From a virus (taxonomy: Duplodnaviria; Caudoviricetes), in IMG/VR virus record IMGVR_UViG_3300006169_000003, positions 1-43,528 of that record: a stretch of 43,528 nt of DNA. One strand, 5' to 3'. Position 1 is the stretch's first letter, and every line of letters begins with the position of its first letter. The notes under the pieces were generated by a model that was not told where the DNA came from, searched no databases, and was given only the letters and a program-made list of their open reading frames with translations. Shown one piece after another: positions 15,945-24,293 of the stretch. The position numbers and the translations under genes were made by a program.

Positions 15945-16225
15945 CGGAGCTTTCGAACCCGTTCTTCAAGATGGCCGACGAGGTCCTGGAGGAGATGCGA
16001 GGCGGGCCAATCCTGGCCGTCTCTCCTGCCCGCTCCCGCGACATTCTCGCCAGGGCGCTGAGCACGGCCTATCTGCGCGGCCTCGACGCAGGGAAGCAGC
16101 TCCAGACCAAGCCCTGCGGACGCTGCGCCGGCGCCGGCAGCTACATGGAGCAGTACGACGAGGAAAAGTACCCGGTCAAAATCGACTGCGAGACGTGCGC
16201 CGGCAGCGGGAGGGTTCCGGCATGA
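15941..16225 (+). CDS. protein with two DnaJ-type CxxCxGxG motifs
   Basis: CGRCAGAG...CETCAGSG. Confidence 0.7.
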   Translation: MTELSNPFFKMADEVLEEMRGGPILAVSPARSRDILARALSTAYLRGLDAGKQLQTKPCGRCAGAGSYMEQYDEEKYPVKIDCETCAGSGRVPA

Positions 16226-16419
16226 ACCAGGACTTCGCTGCTCGAATCCAGGCGGCGCTCCGCACCGCGGAGAACCATGCCAACCAGGGCGACGCCGACC
16301 ACCTCCAGTGGGTCATCAATCGAATGCTGGAGCAGCTGCTGGGGAGCCAGCCCTACTACGCTTGGCGGCGCTCGCTGCCCGGCTGGAACAAGGGCCGGCG
16401 CCGGAAGGAGGGGCCATGA
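16222..16419 (+). CDS. hypothetical protein
   Basis: ATGA coupling; GGAGGG RBS. Confidence 0.65.
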   Translation: MNQDFAARIQAALRTAENHANQGDADHLQWVINRMLEQLLGSQPYYAWRRSLPGWNKGRRRKEGP

Positions 16420-16661
16420 TGGACCCGGTCCACGAACTCACGCGCGAGCTGCAAGCCATGGCCGCGCTGGGCGACTTCGATGTGACGATCAGCGCGGTCG
16501 ACGCTTTCTCTCTGATTGCCTGCCTCCAGCTGGCCTACCGCCACCCTCGCCTCTCCGACTCGCAGAAACGCATCATCGGGGGCTTTGCCATGCGCCTGGG
16601 CAAGGCCTTCGAGGGCTATCCGGTCGCGCGGGACATCATCAGCCGGGGGTGGACCGAATGA
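16416..16661 (+). CDS. hypothetical protein
   Basis: ATGA coupling; 'LQLAYRHP'. Confidence 0.65.
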   Translation: MMDPVHELTRELQAMAALGDFDVTISAVDAFSLIACLQLAYRHPRLSDSQKRIIGGFAMRLGKAFEGYPVARDIISRGWTE

Positions 16662-16873
16662 GGTACGCACTCGGACTCTGGCTGCTGCGGATGGCGATGA
16701 CGGGCCTGGACGTGCGGCAGTCCTGGCTGTCGATTCGCCTCCGCTGCTGGGCCATCCATCTGGCCTCGGTCGTCCTGCCGCCCGAGGACGCTGCACGCCT
16801 CGACCGCCGCCTGGCCTGGACAATCGAGGCCTCGCCGGCGCTGTCGAAAGCCCTGGAGGAGAAAGAACCTTGA
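16658..16873 (+). CDS. hypothetical protein
   Basis: ATGA and TTGA coupling. Confidence 0.55.
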   Translation: MRYALGLWLLRMAMTGLDVRQSWLSIRLRCWAIHLASVVLPPEDAARLDRRLAWTIEASPALSKALEEKEP

Positions 16874-17328
16874 GCACCTACGACCGAAACGACCGCTGTC
16901 TCCTCTGCGGAGAACGCCGGGAGCGGCACATGCCAGCCTCCGGCGCCTGCCCAATCCCCGAGGCCCGCCCAGAGACCCCGGTGGCGGCGCTGCTGGAGCT
17001 GGAGCGCCTCATGCTCTCCGTGCCCTGCGGCCATCCGCAGACCGCCGCACAGGCCCAGGCGCGGCAGGAGGACATCCGGCAGCGGCTGCGGACCTGGGCG
17101 TTCTATTGGGTCGGGGATTTCCAGCAGCTGGCGCGCGTCGACTCCGACTACGCCGGCAGCATGACGGAGGTCGCGAGGACCGCCCTGCTGCGAGAGGTCG
17201 GAGAGAATGCGGCCAAGGAATGCGCCGGCGTCTTCACGACCAAGGACCCAACTCCGCCTGGCTGGAAGCGCGTCCCGGACAGCATCATGCGAGTGACCCT
17301 ACTGGCGCTGCGCTCGAAACAGCGCTAG
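16870..17328 (+). CDS. hypothetical protein with an N-terminal CxxC...H...C
   Basis: TTG 16870 after GGAGGAG. Confidence 0.6.
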   Translation: MSTYDRNDRCLLCGERRERHMPASGACPIPEARPETPVAALLELERLMLSVPCGHPQTAAQAQARQEDIRQRLRTWAFYWVGDFQQLARVDSDYAGSMTEVARTALLREVGENAAKECAGVFTTKDPTPPGWKRVPDSIMRVTLLALRSKQR

Positions 17329-17338
17329 CTAATGTGGC
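17324..17338 (-). promoter_or_regulatory. 15-bp motif near copy GCCACATTAGCTAGC
   Basis: One mismatch; at the end of the rightward operon. Confidence 0.6.
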
Positions 17339-17530
17339 ATGCGCCGGAAAGAAAAAAGCGCGGAGGCACAAACCTCCGCGCAGCTCTCTCTTCCGTTGAC
17401 CCAGCGAGGTTCCGAAAACCTCTGGTCAGCTGTCGACTCACTGGAGGAGCGGACGAAACGCGCGCTGCTGGAGCGCCGGAAATGCGTGAAGCCCAAGGCG
17501 CGTCAGGCCAGCCTTCTCGGTGACGAGTGA
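17339..17530 (+). CDS. possible small hypothetical protein
   Basis: ORF track; weak RBS; overlaps an antisense ORF. Confidence 0.35.
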   Translation: MRRKEKSAEAQTSAQLSLPLTQRGSENLWSAVDSLEERTKRALLERRKCVKPKARQASLLGDE

Positions 17531-17866
17531 ACTGTTGGGCAGGGGCACCCCGTCGCCCTCAGGTGGGAGGCCGTGCGACGATTGGTCGTGCCGCCGACTG
17601 CCGAAGACGAGCGGTTGGTGCCCGCTGTCGCCAACCGCCTGCTGAATGACTTGCACCTCTACCGGTGCGAGACATGCCGCCTCGTCCAGGTGCAGAGCGA
17701 TGTCCTTTTCCGCATCGCACGCCACGGGGGCTGTGGCGGCCTCTGGTGCTTGGTGAACCAGCCGCTTGAGCGCGCTGTGCTCCTGCGGTTCTTGACTCGG
17801 GAAATGTTCGCGGGCTGCGGCAAGACTCGGGACTGAGAGGGCCAGCAACAACAACAGGCTTCGCAT
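17438..17866 (-). CDS. possible secreted protein at the end of the lysis operon
   Basis: GGAGG RBS; ATG 17866; signal peptide MRSLLLLLALSVPSLAAA; competes with + ORF 17573-17836. Confidence 0.45.
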   Translation of the reverse strand: MRSLLLLLALSVPSLAAAREHFPSQEPQEHSALKRLVHQAPEAATAPVACDAEKDIALHLDEAACLAPVEVQVIQQAVGDSGHQPLVFGSRRHDQSSHGLPPEGDGVPLPNSSLVTEKAGLTRLGLHAFPALQQRAFRPLLQ

Positions 17867-17901
17867 GGGTGGTGCCTCCGGCTGCGTGGGTGGTTGCAAG
17901 G

Positions 17902-18228
17902 CTACCAGGCGACCCCGGTCACCCGACATTCGGAGAGCTGCCCCTCTATCAGCCAGCCCCACCAATGGCCGAGCTGTACGGGGCGGTAGGATGCGCCCCC
18001 ACCCGGCAGCAGCGTCACCTCGTGCAGGCTGCCCTCCTCGTCGCAGCCCGAGGCCAGCCAGAGCCGGCTGCCCTGGACCTCGATTGGCGGGCCTCCGTCG
18101 CAAGGGTTCTCGAACCAGACCTGGACGCGCTCGCCATCTGGGTGCCTGGGGCAGTCCAGCTCAAGCCCCATGTGTTCGCGCCCCTCCAGCGCCAGCCAGC
18201 GAGGGCGCAGCAGAGAAAGCGGCACCAT
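17902..18228 (-). CDS. hypothetical protein (DUF6527-like)
   Basis: 'CP...W..SG......VTL.P.......HWWGWLIEG'; family assignment from memory. Confidence 0.55.
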   Translation of the reverse strand: MVPLSLLRPRWLALEGREHMGLELDCPRHPDGERVQVWFENPCDGGPPIEVQGSRLWLASGCDEEGSLHEVTLLPGGGASYRPVQLGHWWGWLIEGQLSECRVTGVAW

Positions 18229-18244
18229 GGGGAGGGATTGTCCC

Positions 18245-18832
18245 TCAGAACCTGACAGCGACGCCTGCCAGGAGGTCCAGGCGGTCCTTGGCGTTGGTCT
18301 GGAGCTGTCCGGTAAGCCACAGCGGCCCGAGGCGGACCCCGCCCTGGATGCCGCCCAGGGCCTCCGGCTGGCGCGCCAGAGAGAGGGAAGCGCCGCCCAC
18401 CAGACCCAGCAGCCAGCGCGGGTCGTCGCGCTCCTGGACCCGGCTGGAGGCCTCCAGGCTGTGCTTCGCGGCCTCCCTCGCTGCCCAGGCCTCTGCCTCC
18501 GCCTCCAGCTGCTCGCTGCGGTCGGTGGCGGTGGCCAGGTCCTCGGTGGCCTTGCGTTCGATGGTGCCGTCCGGGCTGACCTTCTCGATGAAGACCCGGC
18601 GAACGACCTCGACCTTCTTCTCGACGGTGACGGTCTCGACGCGGACCTTTTCCTGGATGACGACCTTCTCCACCTCGACCTTTTCGACGCGGACCTTCTC
18701 CTCGACCCGAGTTGGCCCGGATTGCCTGCCGGCGAGAAAGGCCAGGCCCAGGGCGAGCAGGATGCAAGCGGAGATCGCCCCCAGCTTCTGCCAGGGCAAT
18801 CTCCGGTTTTCGTCCGAAAACTCAGACGGCAC
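18245..18832 (-). CDS. lysis accessory (spanin-position) membrane protein
   Basis: Directly after the endolysin; N-terminal TM, VEKV repeats, helix, C-terminal beta-strands ending in F; start uncertain (GTG 18832). Confidence 0.55.
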   Translation of the reverse strand: MPSEFSDENRRLPWQKLGAISACILLALGLAFLAGRQSGPTRVEEKVRVEKVEVEKVVIQEKVRVETVTVEKKVEVVRRVFIEKVSPDGTIERKATEDLATATDRSEQLEAEAEAWAAREAAKHSLEASSRVQERDDPRWLLGLVGGASLSLARQPEALGGIQGGVRLGPLWLTGQLQTNAKDRLDLLAGVAVRF

Positions 18833-19352
18833 GGAGCGCGTCCATTGCGGCCTGGTAGTAGCGGTCCCTGTCCGCCTTGCCGTTGAGCCCGCCATTGATG
18901 GCGCGCGTTATGGCGTCGAATCTCCCAGCGTCGGCGAGCGCGTTCAGCCGGCGCGTCGTCCAGAACCAGGCCGCCACCCGGAACCCAACCGCAGGCGTCG
19001 CGACCAGCTCTGGGTTGTTCTCCAGGTCCAACCCCAGCGCCTCGCCGGCGGCGCGGTAGTTCGCCCTGCCCGTCAGCTGGATTGGTCCGCGTCCGCGGTA
19101 TCGGGGGCCGTCTCCGGGTTGGGTGTTCCCGAGGTCCAGGCGACCCTCGTAGGCGCCGCCGGAACTGAGCTCCGTCCAGTACCGGAGGCAGCAGGACTCG
19201 TGGGCCAGCTGCGCCAGGAAGGCCGCGACCCTCTCCCGTGTCGTGATACTGGCCTCGTCCATCGCGGCCTGGAGGTAGGGCAGATAGGTCAGCGCCGGAG
19301 CGGGCTTCAGCGTCGGCATGACGGAGAGGAGTTTCGTCAGGGTCAGCTGCAT
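18822..19352 (-). CDS. glycoside hydrolase family 19 endolysin
   Basis: 'AAFLAQLAHES...E...LGNTQPGDG.RYRGRGPIQLTGRANY...AAWFW...TRAINGGLNG..DR'. Confidence 0.93.
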   Translation of the reverse strand: MQLTLTKLLSVMPTLKPAPALTYLPYLQAAMDEASITTRERVAAFLAQLAHESCCLRYWTELSSGGAYEGRLDLGNTQPGDGPRYRGRGPIQLTGRANYRAAGEALGLDLENNPELVATPAVGFRVAAWFWTTRRLNALADAGRFDAITRAINGGLNGKADRDRYYQAAMDALRAV

Positions 19353-19361
19353 GGCGCGGAT

Positions 19362-19376
19362 TCTACAAGCGCCGGC
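19362..19376 (+). promoter_or_regulatory. 15-bp motif near copy TCTACAAGCGCCGGC
   Basis: One mismatch; 10 nt upstream of the endolysin start. Confidence 0.6.
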
Positions 19377-19403
19377 GAGAAATCCTCTCGGTGGGAGGCT
19401 GGC

Positions 19404-19784
19404 CTACTCGTCTTCGAGGTCAGGGTCGAGGCCCTGCTGGATGCGCCTGAAGCGGCGCAGCTCGCGGGCCTGCCTCTCTGAAACATCCCCGCCCACCTTG
19501 TCGGCCTGGTCAGCGCGCCAGAGGGTCCAGGCCATGAAACAGGAAACGACGGCCGCGACCACCAGGAGGACGACGTCCAGCACCGCGCCTCGCCTGACGT
19601 AGCCGACCAGGTGCAGCGCAGCAGCTGCCCACCCGAGGCTGCCCAGGGCCACGCCCAGGCTGCCGTAGATGCGCCGTCGCATCATTGGCCCTCCGCGCCG
19701 GCGATGGGCGGCAATCCGCAGGACGCGCGAGATGAACGCAGCGCCGCAGCCTGAGATCGCAATGAGGGCCAGGACGAGTCTCAC
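19404..19784 (-). CDS. holin candidate (3 TM)
   Basis: Three hydrophobic segments, charged C-tail, adjacent to the endolysin. Confidence 0.6.
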   Translation of the reverse strand: MRLVLALIAISGCGAAFISRVLRIAAHRRRGGPMMRRRIYGSLGVALGSLGWAAAALHLVGYVRRGAVLDVVLLVVAAVVSCFMAWTLWRADQADKVGGDVSERQARELRRFRRIQQGLDPDLEDE

Positions 19785-20008
19785 CTTTCCTCGCCATCGG
19801 CGTTGGACATGCGCCGCAGCCCCAGCTCGTCGTCAAAAGGGTCTTCGTCCTCGTCATCCTTCAGCGAGGTCTGCACCATGCGGTGCGCCGCTGCTGACAT
19901 CTTCCGGGCCAGCGCCACCAGCGGGTCCGAGGGCGCCGCCGGGCGCTCCTCCCGCTGCTCCGCCGGCATTTCCTCCACCACCTGGTGCGCTACTCCGTCG
20001 AAGACCAT
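19781..20008 (-). CDS. small acidic hypothetical protein
   Basis: ATG 20008 after GGGAGGAG; GTGA coupling with the holin candidate. Confidence 0.55.
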   Translation of the reverse strand: MVFDGVAHQVVEEMPAEQREERPAAPSDPLVALARKMSAAAHRMVQTSLKDDEDEDPFDDELGLRRMSNADGEER

Positions 20009-20258
20009 GACGACTCCTCCCCTCGTTGAACTTCTCCAGCAGCCTGGCCAAGTCCTGCGAGAGGACAACGATGGTCATTGCCGTGCGCCGGTGCTCGTCC
20101 TTCTCCTCGTCGAGGGCTTCCTGTAGCCGCTTTCGTTCACTCTCGACTCCGTCCGCCTTGTTTTCCAGGCGGCGGTAGAGGTAGGCGACCGCCACAAGGG
20201 CTATCACCAGCGCGCCCAGCGCGCCGCCCTCTTTCAGAATGCGGAACATCTCGCCCAT
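19854..20258 (-). CDS. single-TM plus coiled-coil protein (holin/antiholin-like)
   Basis: 'GALGALVIALVAVAYLY' then a coiled coil; possible starts at 20258 and 20249. Confidence 0.6.
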   Translation of the reverse strand: MGEMFRILKEGGALGALVIALVAVAYLYRRLENKADGVESERKRLQEALDEEKDEHRRTAMTIVVLSQDLARLLEKFNEGRSRHGLRRSSAPGGGGNAGGAAGGAPGGALGPAGGAGPEDVSSGAPHGADLAEG

Positions 20259-20270
20259 CTCCAGCCCCTT

Positions 20271-20285
20271 TTTACATTCGCCGGC
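20271..20285 (+). promoter_or_regulatory. 15-bp motif copy TTTACATTCGCCGGC
   Basis: Between the divergent lysis and lipoprotein genes; exact match. Confidence 0.75.
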
Positions 20286-20377
20286 TAAAAGCAAGTCCCC
20301 CGATGGCGGCCTCGTTCCCAGCGTTCCCGACATGAGCGCCGTTGCTGGCCTCCGGCACCCCTGCTGACATCCTACCC

Positions 20378-20851
20378 ATGAAAGCCACTCTCTTTCTCCT
20401 GGGCGCTCTCCTCTCTGTTGGCTGCGGCGCCCCTTGGCCCGAGACGCCCTACCGCTACGAGGCGGGCTGCCTGGCTTTCGACTCGGAGCGGGAGCTGGAC
20501 GGGGCGGCTATCGCCTCCAATGCGGCGGCGGTCCAGGAGGCCCTGGCCGGCATCGTTCCGCCTGAGAGATTCTGCGAGGCCTTCGGCGGGCTGCCGCTGC
20601 TGATTCGCGCCGCGCCCTCTTTCGATTCGCCTGGGGACGGCGCTGCGGTGGATGGCTGGACCGATGGCCACCAGGTGCAGATTGGCGCGTCCATGCGCGC
20701 CCTGCCGCACGAGCTGCTGCATGTCTGGGCTTTCCAGACCGCTGGCCGCCTCGACCACGACGATTGGGAGGCGGACGGCTATTGGGACGCGATTGGCCTT
20801 TACATTCGCAAGCGGGTTTTTCCCTACTCCCCTTTTAGCGACCTCGACTAG
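20378..20851 (+). CDS. putative lipoprotein with an HExxH metallopeptidase motif (moron-like)
   Basis: MKATLFLLGALLSVG|C lipobox-like signal; HELLH; opposite strand to the surrounding operon. Confidence 0.7.
   Translation: MKATLFLLGALLSVGCGAPWPETPYRYEAGCLAFDSERELDGAAIASNAAAVQEALAGIVPPERFCEAFGGLPLLIRAAPSFDSPGDGAAVDGWTDGHQVQIGASMRALPHELLHVWAFQTAGRLDHDDWEADGYWDAIGLYIRKRVFPYSPFSDLD
20799..20813 (+). promoter_or_regulatory. 15-bp motif copy TTTACATTCGCAAGC
   Basis: Inside the 3' end of the lipoprotein gene; exact match. Confidence 0.65.
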
Positions 20852-21627
20852 AGGCCCAGGACCACGACGCTGACAACGGCGGTGTCTCCGCCCGTCAGGC
20901 TCCAGGCTGTCAGGGCGCCGGTCCGGTTGTACGCGCCGACGTGGCAGTAGTTGGCGTTGTTGCTGGCGGTCCAGAAGACCAGGTCGCCGTTGTTGCTGGT
21001 GACCACGACTGGATTCCAGGCGCCGCCTCCATTCAGCGGCGTGCGGAAATTGAGGCGAACGGTCCCGCCTCCGATGTCCTGGATGCTGGCGATGTTGAAG
21101 TCGCTCAGGATGGTCAGATAGGGCGGCCCGGAGAGGCCGACGTTGAAGACGCACCAGGCCTTCACCATGCTGTCGCGGTAGAGGGTATTGGCCGCCGGCG
21201 CATTCCCTGAGCCCAGCAGGTTCGAGATGCCCAGGTGCGTCGTCAGCTGCCCGCTGGAGCCGCTGATGGCACCGCCCGAGATGGCGCCGCCTCCGACGTT
21301 CAGGCTGGCGCCCGTGATTGCGCCGGTGATGGCAGCGCTGCCGGCGGTCAGGGCTCCGGTGATCGCTGCGCTGGCTGCGGCCAGGGCGCCGGAGAGAGAG
21401 AGGGAGGCCAGCGCGATGCCCGCGTTGAACGTCTGGAGGGCGGTCCAGGCCCTCGCCTTGCCCAGGATGCCGGCCTTGGCCTCCAGTTGCTTCACCCGGT
21501 CGGCCAGCTCCTCGAATGGCGAGGCAAAGGTGGCCGCATTGCCTGCGTCGGCGTCGATGGGTTCGTCCAGCGTCCAGGCGTCGTCGATGTCGAGGCCGGT
21601 GGTGTCGGGAGTGTACGGGGTGGGCAT
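20848..21627 (-). CDS. short tail fibre / receptor-binding protein
   Basis: Follows the baseplate genes; 'AITGA' repeats; C-terminal 'VKAWCVFN...FNIASI...G...LNF..P'. Confidence 0.7.
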   Translation of the reverse strand: MPTPYTPDTTGLDIDDAWTLDEPIDADAGNAATFASPFEELADRVKQLEAKAGILGKARAWTALQTFNAGIALASLSLSGALAAASAAITGALTAGSAAITGAITGASLNVGGGAISGGAISGSSGQLTTHLGISNLLGSGNAPAANTLYRDSMVKAWCVFNVGLSGPPYLTILSDFNIASIQDIGGGTVRLNFRTPLNGGGAWNPVVVTSNNGDLVFWTASNNANYCHVGAYNRTGALTAWSLTGGDTAVVSVVVLGL

Positions 21628-21639
21628 TGGGCGAAGCTC

Positions 21640-22341
21640 CTATGTGGACCAGCTGGTCCAGGTGGTGTTGTCTCCAAGCGTCAGGCCGGCGCGGTCCCCC
21701 AGCGTCTCCCCCTCGGGAAAGTAGCCCAGCGTCCTCGGGCTGGTTGCGATGAGGATTTTGTCGCAGAGCATGTGGGCCGGCTTCCAGCGCTGAATGAGTG
21801 CGCGGATGACGTTGGCCTCGTCGCTGTTGGAGGCGGGCACGCCGTTGTCGACCCACCGCTGAATCAGGGGCTCGGGGAACAAGACGATGAACCGCGCCCA
21901 GTAGGGCTCGTCCAGGACGCCAAACTTCCAGCTGTTCTCTCCGAGGTCGACGGAGTTGAGCGCGCGGGAGACCGGCGTCAGGTAGTAGCGGCGCCCGTTG
22001 CGGATGGCCAACTCTGCGTTCTCGTAGCCCGAGTCGTAGAGGGCGCGCAGCATGCCCAGCGCTGTGCCGGCGTAGGTCCAGGAGGCCCAGGCCCCTCGGA
22101 CGCGGCCTGCATAGGCTGCCAGCGACTCCCCGACCGCCCTGGGAATGCCGCGCTCTGCCCCCAGGCGCTCGACGGCCGTGGCGGTGCCGTAGCTGGGGAA
22201 TCGGGTCATGACGGCCTGCTGGAGGCGCCAGAGGAGGCCGTCCTTCGCCTGCCCGATGCTGCGCATGAATCGCTCGCCCGTCCCGGTCAGCAGCCAGGGC
22301 GGGCTCTCTTCTTCCATCAGCTCCTGGTAGTCGCGCGCCAT
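21640..22341 (-). CDS. baseplate wedge protein (Mu gp48 / P2 gpI-like)
   Basis: 'P.WL...GAERGI.R..GES...Y..R...GT...I.RWKPAH'; position after gpJ. Confidence 0.8.
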   Translation of the reverse strand: MARDYQELMEEESPPWLLTGTGERFMRSIGQAKDGLLWRLQQAVMTRFPSYGTATAVERLGAERGIPRAVGESLAAYAGRVRGAWASWTYAGTALGMLRALYDSGYENAELAIRNGRRYYLTPVSRALNSVDLGENSWKFGVLDEPYWARFIVLFPEPLIQRWVDNGVPASNSDEANVIRALIQRWKPAHMLCDKILIATSPRTLGYFPEGETLGDRAGLTLGDNTTWTSWST

Positions 22342-22345
22342 TGCG

Positions 22346-23806
22346 TCAGACCTCCACGATTGTCAGAACGGGCGTGGGCGAGAGGATCGCCACGTTGTCG
22401 AGGCCGACCGTCGTCTCCTCCGCCGCTGGCAGGAAGGTGGCCAGGTCCACGTTGCGGACGCCCTCCGCCACCTGGAGCATCTCCAGGAGCTCGGTCCGGT
22501 AGACCTTCACCGTGCCGTCTGAAATCGGCAGGCCCTCCAGCTCCTCGCCCTGGTTCGTCGTCCCTCCCTGGAAGAGGGCGTTCAGGTTGGAAAGCATCTG
22601 CGCCAGCGCGGTGCCCGAGTAGCCCGCGCGGACGTAGACCGTCGCTGAGACCGCCACGGCGGTGCTGCCTGCGCTCTGGGCGGTGAGGACGCTGCCGAAG
22701 ACGACCTTGTCTTGGACAGCGGCCTCGACCGTGGCGACGACTCCGCCGGAGACCGGGCCGGCAGGGCCTGCAAGAATCAGCAGGATGTTCCCAGGCGTCA
22801 CTGGGTCGGGCTTCACGCGCACGCGCGTGACCTGGTCCGAGGCGTCCGAGGCCCATCGCCGGTAGGCGTCTTCGACGGCGCCTGTGCCCAGGGTACCCCA
22901 CTGCGCTTGCGCTCTGGCGCGGGCTGCTGCGTTGCTCTCTCGGTCGACGCCCTGCTGGAGGAGGGAAAGGCCGGTGCTGCCGACCTCGGTGTTGGTGATG
23001 GAGACGCCGGGCAGCGAGGTCAGCAGCGTGTTGATCGCCCCAATCGCCACGTTGTAGGCGGTGCCGCGCTTCTCCGCGTCGAAGGTCAGCGTCAGCGTTC
23101 CGCCCTGGAGGAGATTGCCGCCCGTCGAATTGGAGAACCGCAGGCCCGTCGCCGTCCCTGCCACCAGCTGCCCTGGGGTGATTGCATGCGGCCCGGAGTT
23201 GGCGCTGTCCGTCAGCACGACCTGGTGCTTGGCGATCTGCCCTTGGACGCGCTGGGTGTCGTAGACCTCCTGGAGGAGGAGGTCCAGCCAGGCATCCTCT
23301 GCGGTGGAAAGGAAGCCGCCCTTTGCCACATTCAGCTGCGATTGTGAAAAGTCCTCATTGGCCGCCGCGTCCGTCTCGATGATGGTCAGCGGAACGCTGC
23401 CGGCATGCCAGCTGGTGGTGGGCAGCGTCGGGATGGCGAGGTCAAAGGTGAAGGTGTCGCCGTCGAAGAAGCTGTCCTCTGCGAGGCCTGGCCCATTGGC
23501 GAATGTGACCGTCACGCCCGTCGAGGGGATTGTGTAGTTGCCCAGGCTGGGCACGAGGATATCGACCCCGTTGTCCGTCTCCCCTCCGTCGAGCGAGTAG
23601 CGGAAGTAGGCGTTGCCCAGGCTGCCGTCGACGACGATTTCGATGACGACCGTGGCCTCTATGAGGGCGACGCCGGAAAGCGCGATGCTTCCCTCTCCTG
23701 GTCCGCGTTTCTGAACGTACCCGACGCCCTGCATGTGCAGCAGCAGCGCGTCCCGGTGCTCCTCTTTCGTCTTCACCGCCAGCAGCTGCTCGAGCGTCAG
23801 GCCCAT
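22346..23806 (-). CDS. baseplate J / gp47-like protein
   Basis: 'TAEDAWLDLL...G..YNV..GAI...GVDRESNA..R.R...G...AY..WA'. Confidence 0.88.
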   Translation of the reverse strand: MGLTLEQLLAVKTKEEHRDALLLHMQGVGYVQKRGPGEGSIALSGVALIEATVVIEIVVDGSLGNAYFRYSLDGGETDNGVDILVPSLGNYTIPSTGVTVTFANGPGLAEDSFFDGDTFTFDLAIPTLPTTSWHAGSVPLTIIETDAAANEDFSQSQLNVAKGGFLSTAEDAWLDLLLQEVYDTQRVQGQIAKHQVVLTDSANSGPHAITPGQLVAGTATGLRFSNSTGGNLLQGGTLTLTFDAEKRGTAYNVAIGAINTLLTSLPGVSITNTEVGSTGLSLLQQGVDRESNAAARARAQAQWGTLGTGAVEDAYRRWASDASDQVTRVRVKPDPVTPGNILLILAGPAGPVSGGVVATVEAAVQDKVVFGSVLTAQSAGSTAVAVSATVYVRAGYSGTALAQMLSNLNALFQGGTTNQGEELEGLPISDGTVKVYRTELLEMLQVAEGVRNVDLATFLPAAEETTVGLDNVAILSPTPVLTIVEV

Positions 23807-23810
23807 TCGT

Positions 23811-24293
23811 TCACTCCTCCAGCCACATTGTGGTCGAGACTGCGGTCACCGCGGCAACCAGACCGAACGGCCCGGCCTCGCTGTCCAGCGCAGCCTTGAG
23901 AGTCAATTTTTCTTCGCGCGGGTCGTAGGAGAGCCGCACCTGGCAGGCCAGGATCCGCTCATCCTGCTCGGCCTGGGCCTCCGCCTCGGCCTTGAGCGTC
24001 ATCAGCCGCTCGATGGTGACCTCGTCGTTGAGATAGTCGCGGATGTCCATGCCGTAATCAGGGTGGGCCCACAGCCTGCCCCTGGGCGTGAACCACCGAC
24101 GCAGCACCGCGTCGGCCAGCACGACGTGGTCGCGGCGCGGCGTCCAGGTCATGTCCAGCGAGGGAAAGGCGAGAATGTCGAAGCCCCAATCTGGCGGTTC
24201 CACATCCGCCTCGCCAATGTAAACGAGGCCAGGCGCGGAGGGCGTGCCGACCGCAGGCGAAGGAATGGAGAGTGTCCAGGAATAGGAGGGCAT
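23811..24293 (-). CDS. baseplate gp25/gpW (gp46)-like protein
   Basis: 'RRWFTPRG.L..HPDYG.D...L......DERI'. Confidence 0.8.
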   Translation of the reverse strand: MPSYSWTLSIPSPAVGTPSAPGLVYIGEADVEPPDWGFDILAFPSLDMTWTPRRDHVVLADAVLRRWFTPRGRLWAHPDYGMDIRDYLNDEVTIERLMTLKAEAEAQAEQDERILACQVRLSYDPREEKLTLKAALDSEAGPFGLVAAVTAVSTTMWLEE

